A stretch of DNA of 32,000 nt from Ktedonobacterales bacterium (GCA_030167145.1 CP126532.1:1980001-2012000); one strand, 5' to 3'. Positions 1-8,943 are shown, numbered from the stretch's first letter. Notes: generated by a model from the letters alone, not told the origin. Numbers and translations: made by a program.

Positions 1-25
1 GTGCGGAGGATCCTAGCAGGGGGCA

Positions 26-84
26 GGATGGGTGATACAGGAAGCTCGCGGCATGAATGCCGCGGGTAATCCCGATTGGCAAGC
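26..84. repeat. 59-bp interspersed repeat, family R1, copy A. Core hairpin is CGCGGCAT/ATGCCGCG followed by GGTAATC.
   Basis: Read directly: GGATGGGTGATACAGGAAGCTCGCGGCATGAATGCCGCGGGTAATCCCGATTGGCAAGC. It is 58/59 identical to 137..195. A 23-nt core recurs at 9801..9823. Confidence 0.85.
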
Positions 85-136
85 TTGCCGCATAAATACA
101 GCGACTCGTCTCGTGGCGAGAGAACAGCGGGTGGTG

Positions 137-195
137 GGATGGGTGATACAGGAAGCTCGCGGCATGAATGCCGCGGGTAATCCCAATTGGCAAGC
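137..195. repeat. 59-bp interspersed repeat, family R1, copy B
   Basis: Direct repeat of 26..84 with a 111-bp period and one mismatch (A at 186 versus G at 75). Confidence 0.85.
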
Positions 196-299
196 AGAAA
201 CACAGGCGAATATGTCGTGCTGATGTGAATCTCGCCTGTGAACCAGGGTTGCGCCGCATATGGGGCAAAACATGGTTCCTCCACAGCACAACTACTATG

Positions 300-1556
300 C
301 TAGAACGCGGTGAGGCACATGGGCGGCTCATCAGTGAGAAATATCCGGTTAACGGTGGCGAGGTGGGATGGGTCGGAGATTTCGGCTAGCCCATAGGTGT
401 GGAGGGTTTTGAAGGGGACGACGCCCAGCAGCAGCGAGGAGAATGCGGCGACATCGAGGCGTATCTCTGCGTCGTGCGCGGCGGCGTCGGTGAGTTTGGC
501 GTGCCCGCGATCAAAGGCGATGATGAGGCTGCCGTCGTTGGATGGGAAGAAGCTGTCGGCAATGGTGAGCTTGAGGCGGAGGGTCTGGCCGCCGAAGTCG
601 TGGTCGGCGAGGGCACGGAAGGCGGCGGGGGTATCGAGCACGCGATACATCAGCCCGACGCCAGCCGTGTTGGTGATATGCGCGAACGTGCCAGCGCGGA
701 TGATCTCGCCGCTATTGTTGCGTGGGTCGGGGAAGAGGTAGTGGAAATGCTCATCCTGCGAGCGCAGCACGACATAGCTGATCTGGTCGGCCTGGCTGCG
801 CAGGAAGGCGAACAGCGCCGCAAGGGCGTCGCGCGAGGTGTAGACCAGCTCGGCGACGTAGATGTCGTTGGAGAGGAAGTTATCGGGATTGCCGGGCTTG
901 AAGGTGAAGACGAGATAGCCGTCAAGCTGGCCGTCGCGCCAGCAACCGACGGCGCGATTCTCGGCGTTGCTGAAGCGGCGAGTGAAGTCGCTTTCGGCGC
1001 GGCGCATCATGCCGTGGGTATGCTGCTGGTAGCGGTCGTAGCAATCCAGCACGGCGGGGATGTCGGTGTTGGTGAGGAAGGCGACGCCGCGTTTGTCGCC
1101 CGCTGGCAGGTCGGCGGGACGCAGGCGATATTCGCTCATCTTGGTTCCATAGCCGAAGCCCATCTGCCGGTAGAAGTCGGGGCGGAAGGGATAGAGCGCG
1201 GCGAAGGGATAGCCGCGGGTATGGTAGTGGTCGAGATAGAAGGTGACGATATCTTTGGCGATGTGCTCTTTTTTGTGGAGCAGGTCTACGGCGACGAGGG
1301 CAAGTCCGCCGGTGGGGACCTGCGCGCCGAAGGTGTTCATGATGAAGTCGAAAAGGCGCATGCCGCCGGTCAGGACGCCATCGTCGAAGGCGCCATAAAT
1401 AAGGGTCGTCGGGTCGGCGGCGGCTTCGGCGAGCCAGCGGTCGGCGGCCTGGCGCAATTCGTCTTCGGTATGGACGGGGAAGGCGGGGTAGGCATTGTAG
1501 ACGATGCGGGCGAAGGGCAGGTGTTCTTCTTCGGTAAGCGGGCGAATCTGGCGCAT
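300..1556 (-). CDS. Eis-like GNAT family N-acetyltransferase (GNAT domains plus SCP2-like C-terminal domain)
   Basis: Within ORF 300..1631. The ATG at 1556 (MRQIRPLTEEEH...) has GGAG 10 nt upstream. Length of about 418 aa and the motifs GGLALVAVDLLHKKEHIAKD and YPFRPDFYRQMGFGYG fit the family. The C-terminal part has an SCP2-like pattern, and the protein ends in Phe as Eis-family enzymes do. Confidence 0.75.
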   Translation of the reverse strand: MRQIRPLTEEEHLPFARIVYNAYPAFPVHTEDELRQAADRWLAEAAADPTTLIYGAFDDGVLTGGMRLFDFIMNTFGAQVPTGGLALVAVDLLHKKEHIAKDIVTFYLDHYHTRGYPFAALYPFRPDFYRQMGFGYGTKMSEYRLRPADLPAGDKRGVAFLTNTDIPAVLDCYDRYQQHTHGMMRRAESDFTRRFSNAENRAVGCWRDGQLDGYLVFTFKPGNPDNFLSNDIYVAELVYTSRDALAALFAFLRSQADQISYVVLRSQDEHFHYLFPDPRNNSGEIIRAGTFAHITNTAGVGLMYRVLDTPAAFRALADHDFGGQTLRLKLTIADSFFPSNDGSLIIAFDRGHAKLTDAAAHDAEIRLDVAAFSSLLLGVVPFKTLHTYGLAEISDPSHLATVNRIFLTDEPPMCLTAF

Positions 1557-1720
1557 AAAGGTGGCGCTCCTTGGGCGGTAGCTCGATGGGCTTGGGAAGA
1601 TACCCACCGAGTGTACCACCGGGAACGCCACACATGCCGCTTAGACCGGGGTGAGCGTATGCCTGAGCACGTACAGGTAGGACAGACAAGAATATCCGTC
1701 CCACCGCGCAGGCAACACAC

Positions 1721-2110
1721 TTACGGCGCGGGGTGCTGGGGCAGGAGAATGGCGAGCAGGAAGGGTAGCAGTACGATCACTGCCGAGGTGGCGAGGGTCC
1801 AGAGGGCGCCCGCCGCAAGCGGGGTGTCGGCTACGTAGCGCTGCCAGACGGCGATACGGCGCAAGAGGCGCACGCAGGAGACGATATAGACGGCGATGCC
1901 CAGAAGCAGCCCAACGCTGAAGACGAGGACGGAGACCTGTTGCTGGGCGAAGAAGCCGAGGCTGGCGGTGACGGTGCGGGCGATGGCCGTCAGCACCAGT
2001 GTCAGCGCGACGAGGGCGACGAGGCGGGCGAGCGGGGCCAGCCCGGCGAGAATGCCGCGCCGCAGATCACCACGAGAAACGGTCTGGGGCATGGGAGAAG
2101 CTGGTTGCAT
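1721..2110 (-). CDS. Small integral membrane protein with about 3 TM helices, function unknown
   Basis: Within ORF 1721..2224. The internal ATG at 2110 (MQPASPMPQ...) has AGAGGGA upstream and lies 19 nt after the stop of the hydrolase gene. There are three long hydrophobic segments. Confidence 0.6.
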   Translation of the reverse strand: MQPASPMPQTVSRGDLRRGILAGLAPLARLVALVALTLVLTAIARTVTASLGFFAQQQVSVLVFSVGLLLGIAVYIVSCVRLLRRIAVWQRYVADTPLAAGALWTLATSAVIVLLPFLLAILLPQHPAP

Positions 2111-2129
2111 GGTAAGAATCCCTCTCGCG

Positions 2130-3155
2130 TTACGCGGCGCTGGCATCGGGGCCGAGCGCGGTGGTGTAGAAACTGACGACGCGATTGATATAGTCCTGGC
2201 CCGCGACGTGATAGGCCTGGGCATGGGCGGCGCCAGGGACTAGCCAGGATTGAACGTTGGCGTTGGGCGCGCTCTGGGCCGCGCGGGTCAGCACGCCCAG
2301 ATTGCTGGGTGGGTTGAAGGTGTCGGCGCCGCCCTGGATGAAGAAGACGGGACGCGGCGCAAGGCTGGCGACAACATCGCCTGGACGAATGCCGTAGAAA
2401 TCTATGCCGTAGATGGCACGCGAAGCGAGCAATACACCGGGCGACATGAACGAGGGGAGTCCGCCGACCTTAGGAATCTCGCGTTCGAGGATCGGCGATA
2501 TCGCAGGGTAGGCGCTATCGGCCACAATTGCCGCGATTCGCGACTCTTGCGCCGCCGCCAGCAGCAGCGAATTCGCGCCCATCGAGACGCCCCAGCCGCC
2601 GATGACGCGAGGGTGGCCCAGGCTAGGATACGGTAGTTTGCCAGATAAGAGGAAATCTACCGCGCCGAGGACATCGCGCTGCTCGAAGTAGCTGAGCGAG
2701 AAGGGCGCGGGCGGCGATTCCCCATGGCCGCGCGCATCGAAGGTGAGGACGGCAAAGCCCGCGTGGACGAATGCGGCGCTGAGATCGAGCAGCCCAGCCG
2801 CCGGATCGGTGCGATTTTGTCGCGCGCCATGCACGGTGATGATGGTGCGGTCGAGGGTCTGGCGGCCATCGGGCAGCAGGCCAGGGATGAGCCAGCCACG
2901 CAACTTGACGCCATCTTCACGGGCGGGGAAGGTCACGTCGCGGTAGTCGAGGCCGAGCGCGGCGGGGGTGGTGGTAAGCGCTAGTGGCTGGTAGGCGACC
3001 AGACGCATGGAAAGATACGCCGATAGACCAGTGTAGCTGAAGGTGAGCAGGCCAGTGAGAATCAGCAGCAGCGCGACGGCGCGGCGGGTCAGGCGGGCGC
3101 GTGGTGTTTCGCGCGCGACCTGGGGCAGTGTGGAGGTGGATGGTGGCGTGGCCAT
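2130..3155 (-). CDS. Membrane-anchored alpha/beta hydrolase (serine hydrolase, GxSxG = GVSMG)
   Basis: Within ORF 2130..3431. The likely start is ATG 3155 (MATPPSTS...) or ATG 3176. Upstream of these the ORF runs through a repeat element and is not protein-like. Supporting motifs are an N-terminal TM (AVALLLILTGLLTFSY), HGARQNR, DARGHGES and GWGVSMGAN. Confidence 0.75.
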   Translation of the reverse strand: MATPPSTSTLPQVARETPRARLTRRAVALLLILTGLLTFSYTGLSAYLSMRLVAYQPLALTTTPAALGLDYRDVTFPAREDGVKLRGWLIPGLLPDGRQTLDRTIITVHGARQNRTDPAAGLLDLSAAFVHAGFAVLTFDARGHGESPPAPFSLSYFEQRDVLGAVDFLLSGKLPYPSLGHPRVIGGWGVSMGANSLLLAAAQESRIAAIVADSAYPAISPILEREIPKVGGLPSFMSPGVLLASRAIYGIDFYGIRPGDVVASLAPRPVFFIQGGADTFNPPSNLGVLTRAAQSAPNANVQSWLVPGAAHAQAYHVAGQDYINRVVSFYTTALGPDASAA

Positions 3156-3195
3156 GAGACCTACTTTTCTCCGCATACCAGATGCGCGGGCTAGC

Positions 3196-3275
3196 GGGCG
3201 ATTGAACCAGCGAGACGGGCGCCCACCGGACGAGCGGGCGTCCACCGGACGAGCGTACAATGGCGAGCCACCGTG
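3196..3275 (+). repeat. Family R2 intergenic repeat, degenerate copy with a duplicated GGGCGYCCACCGGACGAGC module
   Basis: GGGCGCCCACCGGACGAGC (3217..3235) is immediately followed by GGGCGTCCACCGGACGAGC (3236..3254). It is preceded by GATTGAACC and followed by GTACAATGGCGAG. It aligns with the copies at 15886.. and 27767... Confidence 0.7.
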
Positions 3276-3534
3276 GGGTGGGAAGCGGGCGCCGCCGCGA
3301 GACCCGCCGTCGCGAGGTAGAGAGAGGCGGGCCGCGGTAGCACCGATGGGATGCACTCCCAGGTGTGGCGTCAGTGGCATCTGATGCCGCATCCAGCATC
3401 TAGTATGCCTAATCTTCGGTTGCCAGACCACGCACTATTCATACTCGCTACCCACACTAATCCGCACAACTCGCACAGGAGGGCGGGGACATGGCGGAAC
3501 CGTGTAGGAAATGACACCGTTGCGGCGGAGACAC

Positions 3535-3543
3535 TGGTATAAT
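3535..3543 (+). promoter_or_regulatory. Extended -10 promoter (TGGTATAAT) for the STAND regulator gene
   Basis: A perfect TGnTATAAT lies about 75 nt upstream of ATG 3619. There is no good -35 box, which extended -10 promoters tolerate. Confidence 0.5.
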
Positions 3544-3618
3544 GCGGGGGCGATGTGGTGGGGGACGGGCCGCCGGGACGGCGGCGGTACAGGTGATGCG
3601 CGGGAAGGAAGGCAGACG

Positions 3619-6615
3619 ATGGCGACGCAGCAAGCTGGGCAGCCGCTGAGCTTTGCCGCACTGCTGAAGCGCTACCGCCGGTCGGCGATGATGACGCAGG
3701 AAGAACTGGCGGAGCGGGCGAACTATAGCATCAGCTACATCAGCATGCTGGAACGTGGTGAGCGGACGCCGGTGCGGGCGACGATGGAGCTGCTGGCGGC
3801 GGCGCTGCGGATTCCGTCGGAGGAGCGCGAGGCATTCTATCAGGCGGCGACGCGCGGGCCGTCGGCAACTGCCGTGGCGCAGACGCCCGCTCGCGCGACG
3901 GTGGCGGCGTTTCAGGCGGCGACGCCATTGGCAACGCGCGAACGCGCGCCGCTGGCGGGAAGGATACGCGAACTGGCGGTGATCGAGCGGTATCTTTCGG
4001 GGGAGGGTTCGCCGGCGCTGCTGCTGACAGGTGAGCCAGGGATCGGCAAATCGCGGCTGCTGGCGGAGGCGACGCGACGCGCGGATGGGATGGGATGGAC
4101 GACGCTGACCGGCGGCTGCCAGCGACGCGGCCAGATGCCGTATGCGCCCCTGACGGAAGCGCTGGAGCGGCACATCATGCGCCTGCCGCCGGAGGAGCAG
4201 CGAGCGGCGCTGGATGGGTGTGGCTGGCTGGCGCGGTTGTTACCAGAGTTGACCGAGCGCGGATTGGTGGCTGAGCCGGCCTGGACGCTGGCGCCGGAGC
4301 AGGAGCGGCGGTTGATGTTCGCGGCGGTGGCGCGCTATCTGGGTAATGTGGCGGGACCGGCGGGGACGCTGCTGGCGCTGGATGATCTGCACTGGGCGGG
4401 GATTGATGCGCTGGATCTGCTGATGGCGCTGGTGCGGGGACCGCTGGGAGCGCCGGTGCGGCTGATCGGGGCGTATCGCGAGGCGGAGACGCCGCCGGAT
4501 GGGCCGCTGGCGGCGATGCTGGCCGATCTGGCGCATGCGGGCATGGTGCGGCAACTGGCGCTTGGCCCGCTGGCAGAGGATGAGGCGACGACGCTGGTGG
4601 GGGGGCTGTTGCCGGAGGGGCGACGGGGCGATGCGGCGCTGGTGGCGGCGGTGACACAACGGGCGGGTGGTGTGCCGTTCTTCCTGGTGAGTTATGCGCA
4701 GTCGCTGGATGCGGGTGTGCTGGGGGCGACGCTGCGTGAAGAGGTGCCGTGGGATGTGGCGCAGTCTATTCGCCAGCGGATCGCGCCGCTGCCAGAGGAT
4801 GCGCGTGAGGTGCTGGAAGTGGCGGCGCTGGCGGGGCAGGTGGTGGCGCGCGGGATGCTGAGCGCGGCGCTGCGGGCGCAGCAGAGCGATGAGGAGCTGG
4901 CGCGGGCGCTGGAAGCGGTCTGCCAGGCGCGGCTGCTGGCGGAAGAAGGGGAAGAGGCGTATCAGTTTACGCATAATCTGATTCGCGAAGTGGTGGCGCG
5001 GGGGTTGGGGGCGGCGCGGCGAGCGGCGCTGCACCGGCGCATCGGCGAGGCGCTGGAAGCGGGCGCGGGGCAGCCAGGGCAGCGCGCCAGCGAACTGCTG
5101 GCGTATCACTATGCGCGTGGCGGCGAGGCGGAGAAGGCTGTGGTGTATCTGGAGGAGGCGGGGGATCGGGCGCAGGAGATGCGGGCGCACGCGGCGGCGG
5201 AGACGTACTTTCAGGAGGTGGAGGGACGCTTGCAGGAGCTTGGGCGCGCGGAGGCGGCGGCGCGGGCGTGCGAGAAGCTGGGCGCGGTGCTGCGGGCGGG
5301 GGCGCAGTATGATGGGGCGCTGGAGGTGCTGGCGCGGGCGGTGGAGACGTATCGGGCGGCGGGGGAGTATGAGAGCATGGGGCGGGTCGCGGCGCATATG
5401 GGGCTGATCTATGGCGACAAGGGCGCGGCGGCGGAGGGTATCGCGTATCTGCAGCCGGCGCTGGCGATGCTGGAGGCGCGGGGGGTGTCGGCGTATACGC
5501 TGGCGACGCTCTACGATGCGCTGGCGCAGCTTTTCCACATCGGCGGGCATTACGGCGAGCAGTTGGCGGCGACGGAGCGGGCCTGTGCGCTGGCGCATGC
5601 CGAGCGGGATAATCGCTTGCGGGCGCAGGTGGAGACGCGGCGGGGCAATGCGCTGCGGATGTTGGGGCGGATGGATGCGGCGGCGCGAGTGCTGGAAGAG
5701 GCGATTCTGCTGGCGGAGGCGGCGGGCGATCCGCGTCAGTTATCGTATGCGCTGGAGAATGTGAGCGTGGTGTATCTGTTCCGGGGGGAGTTTGCGCGGA
5801 ATAATCGCAATGTGGAGCGGGCGCTGGAACTGGCGGAGCGGGTGGGTGACCCGATCAATGTCGCGCTGATGATGTTGCGGCGGGCGATGAATCGCTATCT
5901 GCTGGGCGAGTGGAGCGGGGCGCGGGGCGATTTCGAGCGGGCGGAGGCGATCATGCGGCAGGTGGATGCGTCGTGGGTGTCGGCGTATACGGCGCTGGGG
6001 CTAGGGCAGCAGTATCTGGCGACGGGTGAGCATGAGCGCGGCGTGCAACATCTGCATGAGGCAGTGGCGCGGGCGGAGGGAAGCGGCGACCTTCAGGCGC
6101 TGCGGTGGGCACAGAGCGCGCTGGCGGAAGACGAACTGCTGGCGGGGAGGCCAGAGGCGGCGCGGGCGCGGCTGACGCCGCTGCGTGGCGGGCAGGATGA
6201 GCAGGCAGGCATGGTGACGTATCTGCTGCCGTATCTGGCGTGGGCGGAACTCGAATTGGGTGAGGAAGACGCCGCCGGTGAGATCGTGGCGGAGTGTGTG
6301 GCACGGGCGACGAGCGAGCATATCCGGCTGGCGCTGGTGGATGCGCTGCGAGTGCGGGCGCTGCTGGCGATGCGCGCGGGACGGGAAGCAGAGGCGGCGA
6401 CGACGCTGGAAGAGGCGCTGACGCTGGCGCGGGCGATGCCGTATCCGTATGCGGAGGCGAAGTTGCTCTATACGTATGGGCTGCTGGCTGTGCAACAGGG
6501 GATGGCGGATGCGGCGCGGGAGCGGTTTGATGCGGCGCGGACGCTGCTGGGGCGGCTGGGCGAGCGGCTGTACATGGAGCAGGTGGCGCGGGCGGCAGGG
6601 GAGGTGGTTTGCTAG
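3619..6615 (+). CDS. HTH(XRE)-AAA_16/STAND ATPase-TPR transcriptional regulator
   Basis: Within ORF 3511..6615. ATG 3619 is preceded by GGAAGGAAGG. The N-terminal XRE-type HTH is MTQEELAERANYSISYISMLERGER. Walker A is GEPGIGKS and the Walker B-like motif is LLALDDLHWAG. The C-terminal half of about 500 aa is TPR-like and Ala/Leu/Glu-rich. Confidence 0.85.
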   Translation: MATQQAGQPLSFAALLKRYRRSAMMTQEELAERANYSISYISMLERGERTPVRATMELLAAALRIPSEEREAFYQAATRGPSATAVAQTPARATVAAFQAATPLATRERAPLAGRIRELAVIERYLSGEGSPALLLTGEPGIGKSRLLAEATRRADGMGWTTLTGGCQRRGQMPYAPLTEALERHIMRLPPEEQRAALDGCGWLARLLPELTERGLVAEPAWTLAPEQERRLMFAAVARYLGNVAGPAGTLLALDDLHWAGIDALDLLMALVRGPLGAPVRLIGAYREAETPPDGPLAAMLADLAHAGMVRQLALGPLAEDEATTLVGGLLPEGRRGDAALVAAVTQRAGGVPFFLVSYAQSLDAGVLGATLREEVPWDVAQSIRQRIAPLPEDAREVLEVAALAGQVVARGMLSAALRAQQSDEELARALEAVCQARLLAEEGEEAYQFTHNLIREVVARGLGAARRAALHRRIGEALEAGAGQPGQRASELLAYHYARGGEAEKAVVYLEEAGDRAQEMRAHAAAETYFQEVEGRLQELGRAEAAARACEKLGAVLRAGAQYDGALEVLARAVETYRAAGEYESMGRVAAHMGLIYGDKGAAAEGIAYLQPALAMLEARGVSAYTLATLYDALAQLFHIGGHYGEQLAATERACALAHAERDNRLRAQVETRRGNALRMLGRMDAAARVLEEAILLAEAAGDPRQLSYALENVSVVYLFRGEFARNNRNVERALELAERVGDPINVALMMLRRAMNRYLLGEWSGARGDFERAEAIMRQVDASWVSAYTALGLGQQYLATGEHERGVQHLHEAVARAEGSGDLQALRWAQSALAEDELLAGRPEAARARLTPLRGGQDEQAGMVTYLLPYLAWAELELGEEDAAGEIVAECVARATSEHIRLALVDALRVRALLAMRAGREAEAATTLEEALTLARAMPYPYAEAKLLYTYGLLAVQQGMADAARERFDAARTLLGRLGERLYMEQVARAAGEVVC

Positions 6616-8681
6616 CGGAGGCCGTCGAGTTGGTAGACGCTGAGGGGCTGGGTCTTGCCTTTGACGCTGAGGGGGTTCAGTTCGCGGGCGTTGACGAGGT
6701 GGGCGACCTCTATGTAGGTGGCGGCGCTGAGCAGAATCTCGTTGGCGGAGGCGTTGGATTGGAGGCGTTGGGCGGTGTTGACGGCGTCGCCGAGCGCGGT
6801 GTAGTTTTGCAGGCGTTCGGCGGCGCCGATGTTGCCGACGACGGCCAGCCCGGTATGCACGCCGATGCCGTACTCGACGGGGACGGATGGCATGCCCGGT
6901 GTGGTGGCGGCGCATTCGAGCGCCTGACGCATCGCCCACGCGGCGCGCACGGCGCGGATGGCGTGGTCTGGCTGGGGCAGTGGGGCGTTGAAGATGGCCA
7001 TGAGCGCGTCGCCGATGAACATGGTGACGGTGCCTTCCTGCTGCCAGATGGCTTCGGTGAGGATGTTGAGGTAGGAGTTGAGGATGCGCACCAGTTCGTC
7101 GGGGGCTAGCTCTTCGGCGAGGCGGGTGTAGCCGCGAATATCGGCGAAGACGACGCTGATCTCGCGCGTTTCGCCGCCCAGGTTGACGGCGGTGGGGTCG
7201 GCAAGAAGCTGGCGGACGACGGCAGGATGGACGTAGCGCCCGAAGAGGCGCTGAATCTCTTTGGTCTGGCGCTGGCTGCGGCGTAGCTCGGTGAGGTCGT
7301 CTACGACCATGGCGACGCCCAGCGCTTCGCTCTCGTCGTCCGCGCCGCCACGCAGGGGCGAGACGTTGAGGCGCAATGAGACATCGCCACGTCCGGGGAG
7401 GGTGCGATCCACTTCGTGGCCCAGCGTGACTTCGCGTTCGATGACGGCGCGGCGCATGATCTCGGCGAGTTCGGCGTCGCCAATGCTGGCGAGGACTTCA
7501 GAGTAGGCATGGCCCAGGGCGCGTTCGCCCGCCAGCCCGAAGATATGCTCGGCGGCGCGGTTGAACGCGGTGACCTGGCCCAGCGTGTCGGCGGTGACGA
7601 CGCCGCTGGCGATGGAGGCGAAGATGTTGTCGGTGTAGGTTTTCATGGCGCTGATCTCGCGGATGCGGCGGCGCAGATCGGCGAAGAGGCGGGCGTTGTC
7701 AATGGCGATGGCGGCCTGGTTGCAGAAGGCGGCGAGCAGGTCGAGGTGGGTGGCGTCGAAGAGCGCGGCGCGATTGCGGCTATCTACGTAGACGATGCCG
7801 ACGCCGTGGCCGCGCACACGCAACGGGGCGCACATGATGGAGCGGATGCCGTAGTTGATGACGCTTTCCTGCGATTGCAGGCGCGCGTCGTCGCGGGCGT
7901 CGAGGGTGAGCAATGGCTCCTGGCTCTGCCAGACGCGCTCGACCACGCCCTGGCTGATGTTGAAATCGGCTTCGGCGAGGGGGGGCGCATCAGCGCCGCG
8001 GGCGGCGGTGAACTGGAGGCGATGGGTGGTGTCGTCCCAGAGCATGAGGAAGCCGCGCTCGGCGCGGACGACTTCGATGAGTTGGGCGATGACGCGGCCC
8101 AGGAGGTCTTCGAGGTCGAGGGAGGTATTGAGTTCCTGGGCGATGGCGTAGAGGGTGGCGAGGCGTTCGCGTTCGCGCTGGAGGGCATCGAGGTTGCTCT
8201 GGGCGGTCTGCACGGAGCTATTGAGCCGCTGGAGGGTTGCGCCGAGCCGGGCGAGATGGAGGTCGGCCTGGCGGGCGATGGAGAGGGCTTGCGCGAGGAC
8301 GTGGGTGCGGGGGTCGGCAAGATCGGTGGAGTAGGTACCCTCGACGAAGGGTTCAAGCCGCCTGGCATGCTCGTGGAGCACGCTGGCGATTTCGACGACG
8401 CTGGCGGCGATGGAATTGATGTCCTGCTGGGCGCTATCCTGGGCGGCACGTGCGGCATTGGCGGCGAGATTGGCGTTGGATGGCTGGCCAAGGTAGGTAC
8501 TGAGGCCGCCGTCTGACTGCCCGGTCGGGGCGACGCTCGCGCTGGCTCCGAACACTTCTGCGAGGGGGTCGCTGGCGTCGCGCTGAAGCGCCAGCGCGGG
8601 CATGCTCGCCGGGTGCAAGCGCGCCGTAGGCTGATCGCTTAGCCCCGATTCGTCATCCATCGTCTCGCGCTGGTCATCCAT
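6612..8681 (-). CDS. GAF and PAS domain-containing class III adenylate/guanylate cyclase
   Basis: Full ORF with ATG 8681 and AGGAAA upstream. The C-terminal cyclase motifs are ISVVFADIRGYTRL, FIGDALMAIFNAP, GIGVHTGLAVVGNIG and TALGDAVNTAQRL. A GAF-like segment (RAERGFLMLWDD...) and a PAS-like middle segment precede them. The N-terminus is coiled-coil or disordered. Confidence 0.88.
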   Translation of the reverse strand: MDDQRETMDDESGLSDQPTARLHPASMPALALQRDASDPLAEVFGASASVAPTGQSDGGLSTYLGQPSNANLAANAARAAQDSAQQDINSIAASVVEIASVLHEHARRLEPFVEGTYSTDLADPRTHVLAQALSIARQADLHLARLGATLQRLNSSVQTAQSNLDALQRERERLATLYAIAQELNTSLDLEDLLGRVIAQLIEVVRAERGFLMLWDDTTHRLQFTAARGADAPPLAEADFNISQGVVERVWQSQEPLLTLDARDDARLQSQESVINYGIRSIMCAPLRVRGHGVGIVYVDSRNRAALFDATHLDLLAAFCNQAAIAIDNARLFADLRRRIREISAMKTYTDNIFASIASGVVTADTLGQVTAFNRAAEHIFGLAGERALGHAYSEVLASIGDAELAEIMRRAVIEREVTLGHEVDRTLPGRGDVSLRLNVSPLRGGADDESEALGVAMVVDDLTELRRSQRQTKEIQRLFGRYVHPAVVRQLLADPTAVNLGGETREISVVFADIRGYTRLAEELAPDELVRILNSYLNILTEAIWQQEGTVTMFIGDALMAIFNAPLPQPDHAIRAVRAAWAMRQALECAATTPGMPSVPVEYGIGVHTGLAVVGNIGAAERLQNYTALGDAVNTAQRLQSNASANEILLSAATYIEVAHLVNARELNPLSVKGKTQPLSVYQLDGLR

Positions 8682-8739
8682 TGGCGTTTCCTGCCCGCTT
8701 CCGCTGCGTCGCTCGCATAGCGCCTGCCCCCCTATGGCG

Positions 8740-8748
8740 AGTATAGCA
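8740..8748 (-). promoter_or_regulatory. Extended -10 promoter (TGCTATACT on the minus strand) for the cyclase gene
   Basis: The plus strand AGTATAGCA at 8740..8748 reads TGCTATACT on the minus strand, about 60 nt upstream of ATG 8681. Confidence 0.45.
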
Positions 8749-8817
8749 TGTTTCTAGGTGGCTGTAGAGTGGCATGCGCGGGTGTATCGCGCGGAGTGGG
8801 CAGGAGGGCTATGCGCG

Positions 8818-8846
8818 TTGCGTGGTTGCGTGGCGATTGCTATACT
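8818..8846 (+). promoter_or_regulatory. Sigma70-like promoter TTGCGT-17 nt-TATACT for the lipoprotein gene
   Basis: The -35 TTGCGT is at 8818..8823, the spacer is 17 nt and the -10 TATACT is at 8841..8846. It lies about 100 nt upstream of ATG 8944. Confidence 0.5.
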
Positions 8847-8943
8847 GGTGTGCGGAACTGAACAGGTGAGCGTGATTCGCGGCCAGGGCGATGCGGAAGC
8901 TATAGGATGAGATGGCCATGGCGAACGCGCGTGGTGGAGAGGG

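Noticed and set aside
1-300. Possible CRISPR array, from two identical direct repeats with a 111-bp period
   Set aside because: The repeat unit is 59 bp, well beyond the typical 24-48 bp. Only two copies are visible, and a core copy occurs singly at 9801. No cas genes are in the window. It fits an interspersed REP/MITE-like repeat better. The continuation to the left of the window cannot be excluded.
399-1838. Long ORFs antisense to, or overlapping, clear genes. Examples are 399..1838 +, 922..1704 -, 4240..5598 -, 6001..6939 -, 7416..8516 +, 10577..11398 -, 17283..18122 -, 21824..23548 -, 23334..24536 -, 25175..26086 -, 27807..28619 - and 30899..31810 -.
   Set aside because: Their composition is not protein-like: Arg/Pro/Gly/Ala-rich, low complexity, with no motifs. 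Each lies opposite or out of frame with a gene that has strong family signatures. Such open frames are expected in DNA of about 65% G+C.
3177-3431. N-terminal 85-92 codons of ORF 2130..3431 as part of the hydrolase
   Set aside because: This stretch crosses the R2 repeat copy and is Arg/Gly/Pro-rich. The hydrophobic anchor and an SD-like GGAG favour a start at 3155 or 3176.
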